Positions 8,996 through 18,002 of a DNA stretch of 29,175 bases are shown here, piece after piece. Under the pieces are notes generated by a model, which was not told the DNA's origin, ran no database searches, and was given only the letters and a program-made list of their open reading frames with translations. The DNA is taken from the NCBI GenBank assembly GCA_029856435.1, contig JAHQXB010000071.1, positions 1 through 29,175 of the forward strand. The letters are read 5' to 3'. The translations under genes were made by a program, and so were the position numbers. This DNA comes from Candidatus Jordarchaeia archaeon (GTDB lineage Archaea; Asgardarchaeota; Jordiarchaeia; Jordiarchaeales; Jordiarchaeaceae). How positions within the stretch are numbered: the first letter of the stretch is position 1; each line of letters begins with the position of its first letter.

Positions 8996-10102
8996 ATGTT
9001 TATAGAAAAGATTGAACTCAGAAAAATACAAATGGAATATGTTTCTCCCTTCGAGACCAGCTTGGGAAGGGAATACCATAAAACGGCAATAATTGTGAAA
9101 ATAGAAACACAAGATCTTGAAGGATTTGGAGAGTGTGTAGCAGAGCAAAACCCCCGGTACTCGTATGAAACTGTTGAAACTGCTTGGCATGTTTTATCCC
9201 AGTTTATTATTCCCATAATCCTTAAGAGAAACGTGGAAAACCCAGAGAACCTCTTATCAATGTTAAAACCAATACGAGGACATAACATGGCATGTGCAGC
9301 AATCGAAGAAGCATTCATAGACGCATATGCAAAGGTAAGAAAAGTTTCTCTCTCAAAACTACTTGGCGGAGTAAAGAACCGAATAGAGAGCGGTGTGAGC
9401 ATAGGGATTCAAGAGAGCGTTGATAAACTACTAAAAAGTATAGGTAATTATCTGGAACAAAATTATCACAGAATAAAAGTAAAAATAAAGCCACAATGGG
9501 ACATCGAAGTACTGGAAAAGGTAAGGGAAGCGTATCCTGATATAAGCTTAATGGTAGATGCGAATGGTGCATATACAATTAATGATTTAAATCATCTACA
9601 GAAGCTAGACAAGTATAATCTATTAATGATAGAGCAACCTCTGGATTATGACGACTTGGTTTATCATGCAGAACTCCAGAGTAAAATGAAAACTCCAATC
9701 TGCCTAGATGAAAGTGTTCCCAATCTAAGCAGTACCCAAGCGGCAATCAAACTAGGTAGCTGCAAAATAATCAACATAAAAGTGGGCAGAGTGGGGGGTT
9801 TACAAAAGGCAAAGCAAATACACGATTACTGCCAAGAAAAGGGGGTTCCAGTTTGGTGCGGGGGGATGCTTGAAACGGGAATCGGGCGCGCAATTAATGT
9901 AGCCATAGCAAGCCTGCCAAACTACAAATTACCTAACGACATATCAGCAAGTGACAGATACTATAAAGAAGATATAGTAGAACCTCCATTCCAAATTAAC
10001 TGTGATGGAACCATAAATGTACCACAAATGCCGGGTATAGGGGTAGACGTCATAGAAGAACGTCTAGAGAAGGTAACGAAAAAGAAGAGGACCTTTACTT
10101 GA
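8996..10102 (+). CDS. menC: o-succinylbenzoate synthase / N-succinylamino acid racemase (enolase superfamily, NSAR/OSBS subfamily)
   Basis: PFETSLG, KVKIK catalytic KxK, metal ligands DAN / EQP / DES, KVGRVGG, CGGMLETGIG, DISASDRYY. Confidence 0.92.
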   Translation: MFIEKIELRKIQMEYVSPFETSLGREYHKTAIIVKIETQDLEGFGECVAEQNPRYSYETVETAWHVLSQFIIPIILKRNVENPENLLSMLKPIRGHNMACAAIEEAFIDAYAKVRKVSLSKLLGGVKNRIESGVSIGIQESVDKLLKSIGNYLEQNYHRIKVKIKPQWDIEVLEKVREAYPDISLMVDANGAYTINDLNHLQKLDKYNLLMIEQPLDYDDLVYHAELQSKMKTPICLDESVPNLSSTQAAIKLGSCKIINIKVGRVGGLQKAKQIHDYCQEKGVPVWCGGMLETGIGRAINVAIASLPNYKLPNDISASDRYYKEDIVEPPFQINCDGTINVPQMPGIGVDVIEERLEKVTKKKRTFT

Positions 10103-10142
10103 TATTTTACTGCATATTTCAAAAGTCGTAGATAGTTCTCAG

Positions 10143-11300
10143 CTAAACCTTGACGCGAGGTGTGTCTGGAGTGATTTTTGGCAAATCTATATTTATAACA
10201 CAATGCATTCCGGGCTCCGTATAAAGCGATAAGCCGCATTCGTTGCATCTAATACACTTCTTTATGGAATCAAAATCACCCCGCTTAGACTTGTTTACGA
10301 GTTCGGGATCCGCTATTTGCGCCCGTCCAATAGCCACCATATCCGCCTTTTCTTCGCAGAGAATTTTCTCAGCAGTTATAATGTCGTAAATCGCGCCTAC
10401 TGTTATGACGGGTACATCAATACATTCCTTGATGCCCTTAGCCAAGTGAACGTTAACGCACTCTCCAAGATTCTTCGTTGGGGAAATATAGTCAATGTTC
10501 TCGAAACGACCACTAGAAACATGCAAAATGTCTATCCCGGCATCAACCAGCATTTGTGCCAACCTCTTAGATTCCTCCAAGTTTAAATCACCTTCAACCC
10601 GTCCATCGGCGCTCATCCTAAAGCACAGAGGAAAACGCTCACCAAGGCTATCTCTAGTTTTCATAATGAGGTTAACAGCGAATCTCGCCCGATTTTCGAG
10701 ATTACCACCATAATCATCAGCTCTTTTATTTGAAAAGGATGATAAAAACTCGTGTATTAGATAGCCGTGACAACCATGAAACTCAATAAACTCTGCACCC
10801 GCTTCCTTAACCCTAACAGCAGCGGCAGCAAATGCATCCTCAATTTCTTCTATTTCGCCCAAAGTCAATTCTCTAGGTTTCGTCATCTCCATAACTAACC
10901 CTTGACTCGCACTTTTTAAGATGCAGGGTAGGGGTGAAGGGGCTACGGGTTCAAAGTTAGGCATCCAAGCCTGCCGCCCAGCGTGAGAGAGTTGCAAGCC
11001 GGGAATAGCGTCATTTCTCTTTATTACCGCAAAAAGTTTTTTCAAGCCATTTATATACCGATCATCATAAACGTTCAGAACATTTGGAAAACCCCGCCCA
11101 TTCTTGGTTACAGCACTAGCCCCCACTATGACTAGTCCTGAACCTCCCCTTGATATTTTCTCGTAATAATCTAAGTCCATCTTTGTAACGAATCCATCGG
11201 CTGATCCGAAATTGGTATCAGTGGGAGGAAAGACAATTCTATTTGGGATTTTTATCCCCTTTACTTCTATTGGTGTGAAGACCTTCTCCAAACCACTCAA
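10143..11300 (-). CDS. NADH:flavin oxidoreductase, Old Yellow Enzyme family, with C-terminal Cys cluster
   Basis: NRIVFPP, QLSHAGR, AGAEFIEFHGCHGYLIHEFLS, NKRADDYGGNLENRARF, IGRAQIADP, CIRCNEC...C. TTG start with AGGTGA RBS. Confidence 0.92.
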   Translation of the reverse strand: MSGLEKVFTPIEVKGIKIPNRIVFPPTDTNFGSADGFVTKMDLDYYEKISRGGSGLVIVGASAVTKNGRGFPNVLNVYDDRYINGLKKLFAVIKRNDAIPGLQLSHAGRQAWMPNFEPVAPSPLPCILKSASQGLVMEMTKPRELTLGEIEEIEDAFAAAAVRVKEAGAEFIEFHGCHGYLIHEFLSSFSNKRADDYGGNLENRARFAVNLIMKTRDSLGERFPLCFRMSADGRVEGDLNLEESKRLAQMLVDAGIDILHVSSGRFENIDYISPTKNLGECVNVHLAKGIKECIDVPVITVGAIYDIITAEKILCEEKADMVAIGRAQIADPELVNKSKRGDFDSIKKCIRCNECGLSLYTEPGMHCVINIDLPKITPDTPRVKV

Positions 11301-11381
11301 AGTTTCTCACCTTTTCTCTGTAAATTGGAGAACATTGCTTAAAAGACTATCTAGAAAAGACTCCTTGTTTACTCTAAATTT

Positions 11382-12648
11382 CCTAATGCCCCAAAATAGT
11401 TAAGTTAAATAAGGCGTTGCTAAATGTAAAAATATCATGTAAGGTGATTCTTAAATGTGGGGGGCAAGAAACAGACGGACAACAGCATGTATTTCCGTCC
11501 CAACGAAGCCTGCCCAAACCACGGGAGGTTAGGACCCAACAACAATATTATTGGCTCCGGACGCTACGGCAAAAGAAGCAGACGCAGCTCCTGAAGTGTA
11601 AGGCCTGTAGTAAGACTTGGAACGCTAGGGCACACTACTATTCGACCTAAAGGCCGACGAAGAAACCTTCCATGATGTCATCGTCTGCCTCGCTGAGGAC
11701 AACGGCGTCCGAGCAACATCGCAGATAAAGAAGGTGGACAAAGACACAGTCTTCCAATGGCTAAAGAAGGCTTCACAGCACATAGAAGAAGCGTCCAATT
11801 ACCTGATGAGCAACCTCAACTTCGAGGAGGCGTAATTAGATGAACTCTGGAGCTTCGTCGAAAAAAGGAAGCCCACTGCACATTACTAGAAACACTTCAG
11901 GAGGAGTTATGGTGACCACTGGATCCGGGGTGAGCTTCAACCCCAAACACAAGCTCATTCTGGCCTTCGTCACCGGAAAAATCAGCCAAGAGAACGCAGA
12001 CCAGCTAATAAAACAGACCAAAGAGAAAAGCGGCGGCTCCCTACACATCTTCTTTAGCGACTGGCGACCATACTACAGTGAAGCAATCCTTAAGTTCTTC
12101 GGCCAGCCAGCGCAGCCAGAGCGGAAGGGGATGCGGGGACACTGCCCAAAACCATGATTGGATCCCTCTCCCGGGCTTCTCTACGTTCAGATAGTTAAAC
12201 ACCGACGCAAAGGTCGTGTGATAGGAGTCACCACCAATTTGGTCTTTGGCACCCAAGAAGAGCTACAAGTGTATTTAGCAAGAGCCCTGTGCAACAGAAG
12301 GGTCGACACCGCCTTCGTTGAGAGGAAAAACAACACGCTTGTGCCACCACAATCGCCGCTTCACCCGCAAGACGCTGGCATTCTCCAAGAAAGCTTGCTG
12401 GCTAAGGCGCCAGCTACACCTCTGTGTCGACTACTACCACTTCTGCCTGCCGTACGCTGGACTACGTGAAGAACTCATCCCGCCAACCCCAACCGAGGGG
12501 AGCGGCTCGCCCAGAAAGGTGGAGGCAAATGACCCCCACCATTTAGCCGGAGTGGCAGACCCTTTGTGGAGCCTACAAGAGCTGTTAACTTACCAGATAG
12601 CACCACAAAGAACTAACAACATTATATCAACCATTAAGGAACACTAGG
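11382..12648 (+). mobile_element. IS1-family insertion sequence, inactivated (1267 bp)
   Basis: 8-bp TSD CTAAATTT at 11374-11381 and 12649-12656; imperfect TIRs (left CCTAATGCCCCAAAATAGTT; right end reverse complement CCTAGTGTTCCTTAATGGTT); visibly more GC-rich than the flanks; contains a fragmented transposase. Confidence 0.88.
11487..12647 (+). pseudogene. IS1-family transposase pseudogene (Zn ribbon, HTH and DDE domain)
   Basis: Across frames: CPN..., KCKACSKTW, HTH GVRATSQIKKVDKDTVFQWLKK, LDELWSFV, FFSD, VER.N, RKTLAFSK. Several frameshifts and in-frame stops, e.g. TAA at 11833-11835. Confidence 0.88.
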
Positions 12649-13437
12649 CTAAATTTTGGCTTTGACAAATTCCTTCACTTTTTTAAGGTCTACCGGGTTC
12701 TCGGTAATTTCGTTTTTCTTAAGACTCGTACCTACTATTATTCCGTCACATATAGTAAGATACTTTGAAAGATTGTTTTTATTAACACCACTTCCTGCCA
12801 GAACTTTTGATTGGGGGATTTTTTCCTTTATTTTTCTGATTTTGTTTATATCTGCTTCCATACCTGTACTTTCCCCAGTTACTATTAAAGCGTCTGCTAG
12901 GGAGCGATTCAGAAGTTCGTATGCCTCTAGTTCTGGAGATATTTCTCTCAACTGTATGGCATGTTTGACTTGTACATCGGCAAATATTCTAATGTTATCA
13001 GCTCCAATATATTTTCTGAACCGAAGCACATTGTAAGCCTCCGATTCAATTATGCCCTGATCAGTAATTACGGCTCCGCTGAGTACATTTACTCTCACAA
13101 ATTTACCACCTACCACGTAGGATATTGAGAGCGCTGCCAAGGCATCGTTTCGCAAAACATTTATTCCCAAGGGCAAATCAATTTCTTCTCTTATCCGCGT
13201 TGCGATGTAAACCATTGAAGCTACTGTTTCAGGACTCACTCTTTTGGGATAGAAAGGAGCATCACCATAGTTTTCAAGTATTATTCCATCCATTCCCCCA
13301 GAAGAATAAGCCTCTGCATCGCTTAAAGCCCTATCGCAAATTTCTTTAAAAGAAAGCCCGTATCGAGGAGAGCCTGGAAGAGGCAAAAGATGAATTACAC
13401 CAATTAAAGGCTTATCGCATCGAAATATGTCCCACAA
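12649..13437 (-). CDS. btpA: BtpA/SgcQ family TIM-barrel protein
   Basis: GVIHLLPLPGSP, ENYGDAPF, GINVLRNDA, FVRVNV, ADVQVKHA, ADALIVTG..TG, GSGV, DGIIVGT. Confidence 0.92.
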   Translation of the reverse strand: MWDIFRCDKPLIGVIHLLPLPGSPRYGLSFKEICDRALSDAEAYSSGGMDGIILENYGDAPFYPKRVSPETVASMVYIATRIREEIDLPLGINVLRNDALAALSISYVVGGKFVRVNVLSGAVITDQGIIESEAYNVLRFRKYIGADNIRIFADVQVKHAIQLREISPELEAYELLNRSLADALIVTGESTGMEADINKIRKIKEKIPQSKVLAGSGVNKNNLSKYLTICDGIIVGTSLKKNEITENPVDLKKVKEFVKAKI

Positions 13438-14396
13438 ACAGACACCACTTACAAGCTATTTCTAATTCATTGCCAAATGTTTTGTAAATATATCGAAGTT
13501 GCTGCCAGCTTGGGATTTATTTGGAGGAGTCATTCCTATTTTCACATTACCTTGTGCATTACTTTTGAAAAAATATGGCGCCTCAGAAGATTATTTTATT
13601 CTCCCTAAATTTATATTTTGGGTTCAAGAAAGCAAGAGGCCAGAGGCCACTTTTTAATTAGTGAGGTTTCTTGAGGGAGCATAGGAAGACGCATCACTGG
13701 AGTGCAGAAGGCCAACCGCGCTGTTAGAAGCTACTTCGCAAAGTCTTTAAAATTGGGCAACTGATTTTAACGAGCTCAAGTGTTTTGGGAGTATTGGATG
13801 TATTTGAGTCCCTATTGAAAGAGTGGTTCTTGAGGTCTACTCTTCAAATACCAGGAACCGGCCTGATGACTACAAGTTCCATAAGAAAACTAAGAAGGAT
13901 ACGAGCAAGTGCTTTTTGTAAGTGACTGCTAAAACTTTTCCCTTGAGCAGTTCAAATTTTAGGGGTTTGCTGTGTGTGGGCGAAAGGCAAGGTGTAGAGC
14001 TTGCATATAGTAATGATTACTGTACCAAAAAGGATTACATACCGGGTTTTTTACTACATCTTCCCAAACAGAAGCCCGGGAAACTAAAAAAGCTCGCGAC
14101 TTCAGATCTTACGCCTGCTACAACTACACCTATCTACTACCAATAATAACTGAAACAGGACATACCTATAACACTCAAGAAAAGGCGCCTAAATCCAAAA
14201 ACTAAAAAAGACGCTTGAGGGAAAAACAAGTTGGCAATATCTTACTAATAATAGTACTTCGGAAACTTTTGAAAGTTTTATTTGGGGACGCCGTGGACTT
14301 TCCATTTATAATTTTTCCTTTTCGCTTCCAGAAAATATGGTTTCTTCCGCCTTTTTTGGGGGATCTTGTCGTAAGTATGTAGTTTGTTGACATGGT

Positions 14397-14500
14397 ATGT
14401 GTGCAGGGTTAGCCAGTCTTGCCCCTTTTTTGGGCTTATTTGGAAAGAAGCCCTGTAAAGCCTCCTTTTTTTGAGAGGAACAAACGATCATGCATAGAAG
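14397..14500 (-). repeat. MITE-like element, degenerate copy 3 (inverted orientation)
   Basis: The minus strand carries ATCGTTTG..., TTTACAGGGCTTCTTTC, AAGCCC...GGGG and CTAACCCTGCAC, collinear with copies 1 and 2. One end is eroded and no TSD is seen; boundaries approximate. Confidence 0.55.
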
Positions 14501-14540
14501 GGAAGCCACATACTTAAGACGAGAGCCCGTATTAATAATA

Positions 14541-14553
14541 AGAAAAGTTTAAG
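14541..14553 (+). promoter_or_regulatory. Putative BRE-TATA promoter of tRNA-Asn
   Basis: AGAAAAG followed by TTTAAG about 35-40 nt upstream of the tRNA 5' end. Confidence 0.45.
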
Positions 14554-14634
14554 AGGGATTAATACTAATTTGTGTTCGCGAAGGTTGCCGAGGTAGCTCA
14601 GTTGGTAGAGCGTCAGGCTGTTAACTTGATGGTC

Positions 14635-14661
14635 AGGAGCTCTGTTTTAGAATCCCCATAA
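14635..14661 (+). other. tRNA intron 1, 27 nt, position 48/49, strict BHB
   Basis: Central helix ATGG (14629-32)/CCAT (14656-59); bulges TCA and AAG; inner helix GGA/TCC; outer helix CTTG/CAGG. Confidence 0.88.
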
Positions 14662-14672
14662 GCAGGTTCGAG

Positions 14673-14702
14673 ATGATATTAACACGCTTCATATCACGAA
14701 TA
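14673..14702 (+). other. tRNA intron 2, 30 nt, position 59/60, strict BHB
   Basis: Central helix TTCG (14667-70)/CGAA (14697-700); bulges AGA and TAT; inner helix TGATAT/ATATCA; outer helix is the T stem. Confidence 0.9.
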
Positions 14703-15198
14703 TCCTGTCCTCGGCGCCTCCCCTCGATTTTTGTTTCTTAAAAAGCGAGATAAGCGTCGTCTTAGGCAAACACACTTTGTTTTAGAATGTATGAAAACAA
14801 GTTTATGGTAATTTTTTCGAATTATTTTGCAAATTTCGATTGGCTTTTTTGGGGGGAGTCTGTTTAAAGAAAAACTTGTTGAAATCAAATATGTTTATTT
14901 CTTGAGATTTGTAAAAGATTAATTTGGGTTAGTTTGCACTTGTATAGTGAAGGTAGTGAAGAAAAGCGGATTGTATTGTTTAAGAAAATTGATTAGTTGA
15001 AGAGAAGTATCTAGGTAATCTTAGTAGCTCTCTGTAACTTATAGGAAACACAGAAAAGGGATATTCTCTAATAATGTAAATCGGATAGATGTAAAAAATT
15101 GTACATTTTAGGGATTTCCGATTTTAGTGTTGCAAAACTTTTAATAATGGGAAAACTTGTTTGATATCCTTACAGTAATATTGTGAAATGGGTGATTC

Positions 15199-15489
15199 GT
15201 GATGAAGAAATCCAGGGGTTATCGTTCTGGCACTCGGAATGTATTAAAGAAACACACTAGGCAACGCGGACTTCCACCCTTAAGCCGAATTTTGAGAAGG
15301 TATGAGCCAGGGGAGAAGGTTAGTATTGTAATTGATCCAAGTATTCATAAGGGTCAGCCTCACATGAGATTTCATGGGAAGATTGGATCTATATTAGAAA
15401 AACGTGGAAGGGCCTATGTGGTTTCGGTTAATATGGGGAATAGGAGGAAGATAATTATTGCTCGACCGGAGCATTTGAGATCTACCTAG
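15199..15489 (+). CDS. rpl21e: 50S ribosomal protein L21e (eL21)
   Basis: SRGYRSGTRNVLKK, GEKVSIVIDPSIHKGQPHMRFHGKIG, RPEHL. Confidence 0.97.
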   Translation: MMKKSRGYRSGTRNVLKKHTRQRGLPPLSRILRRYEPGEKVSIVIDPSIHKGQPHMRFHGKIGSILEKRGRAYVVSVNMGNRRKIIIARPEHLRST

Positions 15490-15509
15490 GTAGATAGGAG
15501 GTAACCTTT

Positions 15510-15839
15510 TTGCCTGTTAAGATTCTAAAGGAGAGGCGGCTTACTTTAGCAGAGGTTAAAAAGATTTTAGAGGAACGTAGCATGAAAGGAGAATTAAGTT
15601 ATATCCAACGTGTAACATTAGATTATGCTACCAAATTTTCACAATTATCTGTTGAAAAGTCTATAGAGATCGTTAAAAGGTTAATTGAAAACTTTGGAAT
15701 AAGTGAAAGTACCGCCATCCAAATTGTTAATGCCGTCCCAAAGAGTATTGATGAGCTGCGTGTTTTTTTAACGAATGAACAAAAGATTTTTACTGAGGAG
15801 GAGTTGAACAGAATTTTAAAGAGTTTAGAGGAAACATAA
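15510..15839 (+). CDS. rpoF: DNA-directed RNA polymerase subunit F (Rpo4)
   Basis: LTLAEVKKIL, ELSYIQRVTLDYATKFS, AIQIVNAVPKSIDELR; conserved position after rpl21e. Confidence 0.93.
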   Translation: MPVKILKERRLTLAEVKKILEERSMKGELSYIQRVTLDYATKFSQLSVEKSIEIVKRLIENFGISESTAIQIVNAVPKSIDELRVFLTNEQKIFTEEELNRILKSLEET

Positions 15840-15879
15840 AATAGATTCTTTTTAGTTTACTTAAAGGCGGGATTAGAAG

Positions 15880-16461
15880 ATGATTCTGAGTTCTAAGAAG
15901 TACGAAGAATTTGCATATGTGTTAGACTTTTTACCACAAGGCTATGCGAATGACCCCCGACCGACTTTCCAGAGAGAACCACTAACGCAGGCTATTGGTG
16001 AAACCCATTTTACATTGCTAGAACTTGTCCCAAGAAAGGGAGTTTCATTCGCTCTTCAGGAGAGAATTTATATTGGTAAGGGCTCCCGTAAAAAAATTGA
16101 CCATGTTCAAAGGCGTATTCGCTATGAGGATCTTACTCCCACAGCTAAATCGGAACTTCCATTTGTTATTGAAAAAATTGTGCAGCTAAGAGAAAAAGAA
16201 TTTGTAGATTTCTTTAACAATGCGCGCCCAATCACCACCAGAATGCACCAGTTAAAACTAATCCCAGGCATTGGCAAAAAGACAATGTGGCTAATACTTG
16301 AAGAGAGGAAAAAAGAACCTTTTAAGAGCTTTGAGAATATTAGTAGCAGAGTGCGTATGCCAGAACCGAAAAAAGCCATAGTTAATCGAATTATGAGTGA
16401 ACTAAAGGGAGAAGACAAGTACTACCTTTTCACCCGCCCATATACAACTAGCCAAGAATGA
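15880..16461 (+). CDS. DUF655 family putative RNA-binding protein (HhH motif)
   Basis: EEFAYVLDFLPQG, QAIGETHFTLLEL, FFNNARPITTRMHQL.LIPGIGKK, PFKSF; conserved rpl21e-rpoF-DUF655-ksgA synteny. Confidence 0.92.
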   Translation: MILSSKKYEEFAYVLDFLPQGYANDPRPTFQREPLTQAIGETHFTLLELVPRKGVSFALQERIYIGKGSRKKIDHVQRRIRYEDLTPTAKSELPFVIEKIVQLREKEFVDFFNNARPITTRMHQLKLIPGIGKKTMWLILEERKKEPFKSFENISSRVRMPEPKKAIVNRIMSELKGEDKYYLFTRPYTTSQE

Positions 16462-16467
16462 TTTAGA

Positions 16468-17295
16468 TTGCTCGATGATAATTTGTTTTTAGAAACCATC
16501 AAAATATTAAAAGAGTATAATATTAAGATAGATAAGAAGAAAGGACAACACTTCTTAGTCAGTTCCAACTTACTCAAAAGAGAGATTGAATACGCGGAAA
16601 TAAAACCGTCTGATACGGTACTCGAAATAGGCGCAGGGTTAGGCACCTTAACCGCGGCTCTAGCGGAAAAGGCTAAAAAAGTTTTTGCGATAGAGAAGGA
16701 TCAAAAATTATTCAGTATTCTGAGAAAGCGGTTATCTAGTTTTAGTAATGTAGAATTAATCTCTGGCGATGCCCTAAAATTAGAATTTCCAGCAGTTCAA
16801 AAAATTGTTTCCAACATTCCATACTCTATATCTTCCCCATTAACCTTTAAAATTCTCTCATCGAAATATGAAAGAGCGGTTTTGATCTACCAACTGGAAT
16901 TTGCTAAACGGTTAACAGCAGAACCGGGTACAAAAGATTACGGTAGAATAACTGTTGGAGTATATTGTAAAGCGGATGCAAAGTTACTAGAGAGGGTTCC
17001 TAGAAAAGCATTTTATCCGCCCCCAAAAGTTGAATCTGCAGTTATCTTGTTGAGACCAAAGCCTCCACCATTCGAAATTTCAAATGAGAACCTCTTTTTT
17101 GAGATAGTGCGTTTTCTGTTTATGCATCCAAATAAAAAGGCAAAACATAGTATAAAGTATTATCTAAAAAGTAAAGATATCGAAAGTAATAAACTAGAAT
17201 TCGCCCCTGAACTATTTGAAAAAAGGGTTAGAGATCTGACACCTGTGGAGATAAATAAGATAGTTAACGTTCTCATAGCATTAAAGAAGGGTTGA
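16468..17295 (+). CDS. rsmA: 16S rRNA (adenine-N6,N6)-dimethyltransferase KsgA/Dim1
   Basis: KKKGQHFL, VLEIGAGLGTLT, AIEKD, GDAL, VSNIPYSISSP, QLEFAKRL, YGRITV, FYPPPKVESA. Confidence 0.96.
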   Translation: MLDDNLFLETIKILKEYNIKIDKKKGQHFLVSSNLLKREIEYAEIKPSDTVLEIGAGLGTLTAALAEKAKKVFAIEKDQKLFSILRKRLSSFSNVELISGDALKLEFPAVQKIVSNIPYSISSPLTFKILSSKYERAVLIYQLEFAKRLTAEPGTKDYGRITVGVYCKADAKLLERVPRKAFYPPPKVESAVILLRPKPPPFEISNENLFFEIVRFLFMHPNKKAKHSIKYYLKSKDIESNKLEFAPELFEKRVRDLTPVEINKIVNVLIALKKG

Positions 17296-17903
17296 TTATG
17301 AAAAGTTTTGAGTATCAAGGGTTTAAATTTCTTGTTTTTGAAGATGTTTATAATCCTTCAGATGATACTTTTTTATTAGCCGAAAATATGGATGTATCAA
17401 AAGATGATTATGTTCTTGACATGGGCACTGGTTGTGGAATTTTAGCGGTTATTGCGGGGAAAATTGCTAAAAAAGTTGTGGGCATTGATATTTCCCAAAG
17501 AGCAATCATGAATGCGAGAGTAAATATATCTCTAAATAAAGTTGAAACACGTGTCGAAGCACGTTTAGGTGATTTGTGGGATGTTTTAAAACCCAGTGAA
17601 ATTTTCAGTTTGATACTCTTTAATCCACCCTATTTGCCAATACCCGGAACTGAAAAAAACGAGGGTATACTTGAAAGAGCATGGAATGGAGGGGAAAATG
17701 GTAGGGCGGTAATTAATTTATTCCTTGCAAGACTTGATGATTTTTTAAGAGAGGAGGGACGAGTTCAGATGGTTTTATCCTCATTATCTAAAATAGGAGA
17801 TACCCTATCTTATGTTAAAAAGAAACAGTTTAGCGCGGAAATAAGAGTAGAAAAAAAATTCTTCTTTGAAAAATTAGTTTTAATTAATCTCAAAAAAGTA
17901 TAG
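17292..17903 (+). CDS. HemK/Mtq2-like N5-glutamine methyltransferase
   Basis: VYNPSDDTFLL, LDMGTGCGI, FNPPY, AWNGGENGR; overlaps the rsmA stop. Confidence 0.9.
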   Translation: MIMKSFEYQGFKFLVFEDVYNPSDDTFLLAENMDVSKDDYVLDMGTGCGILAVIAGKIAKKVVGIDISQRAIMNARVNISLNKVETRVEARLGDLWDVLKPSEIFSLILFNPPYLPIPGTEKNEGILERAWNGGENGRAVINLFLARLDDFLREEGRVQMVLSSLSKIGDTLSYVKKKQFSAEIRVEKKFFFEKLVLINLKKV

Positions 17904-18002
17904 AGGGATTCATTTTTTAGACATATTTAAAAATGTTAACAATTTTCCGTAATATCGGCAAAACTAGCCTCCAACAAAAAATATTCAACTGGAGGATTTG
18001 AA

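Larger units (their letters stand above)
14587..14716 (+). tRNA. tRNA-Asn (GTT) with two non-canonical introns
   Basis: Exons 14587-14634, 14662-14672 and 14703-14716 give a 73-nt cloverleaf: acceptor GCCGAGG/CCTCGGC, D stem GCTC/GAGC, anticodon stem TCAGG/CTTGA with loop CTGTTAA, T stem GCAGG/CCTGT with loop TTCGAGT, discriminator G. CCA not encoded. Confidence 0.95.

Noticed and set aside
13810-13920. RimJ/RimL GNAT-like fragment (IERVVLEVYSSNTR) in the btpA-tRNA gap
   Set aside because: About 14 residues of resemblance with no start or flanking motifs; not enough to call a pseudogene.
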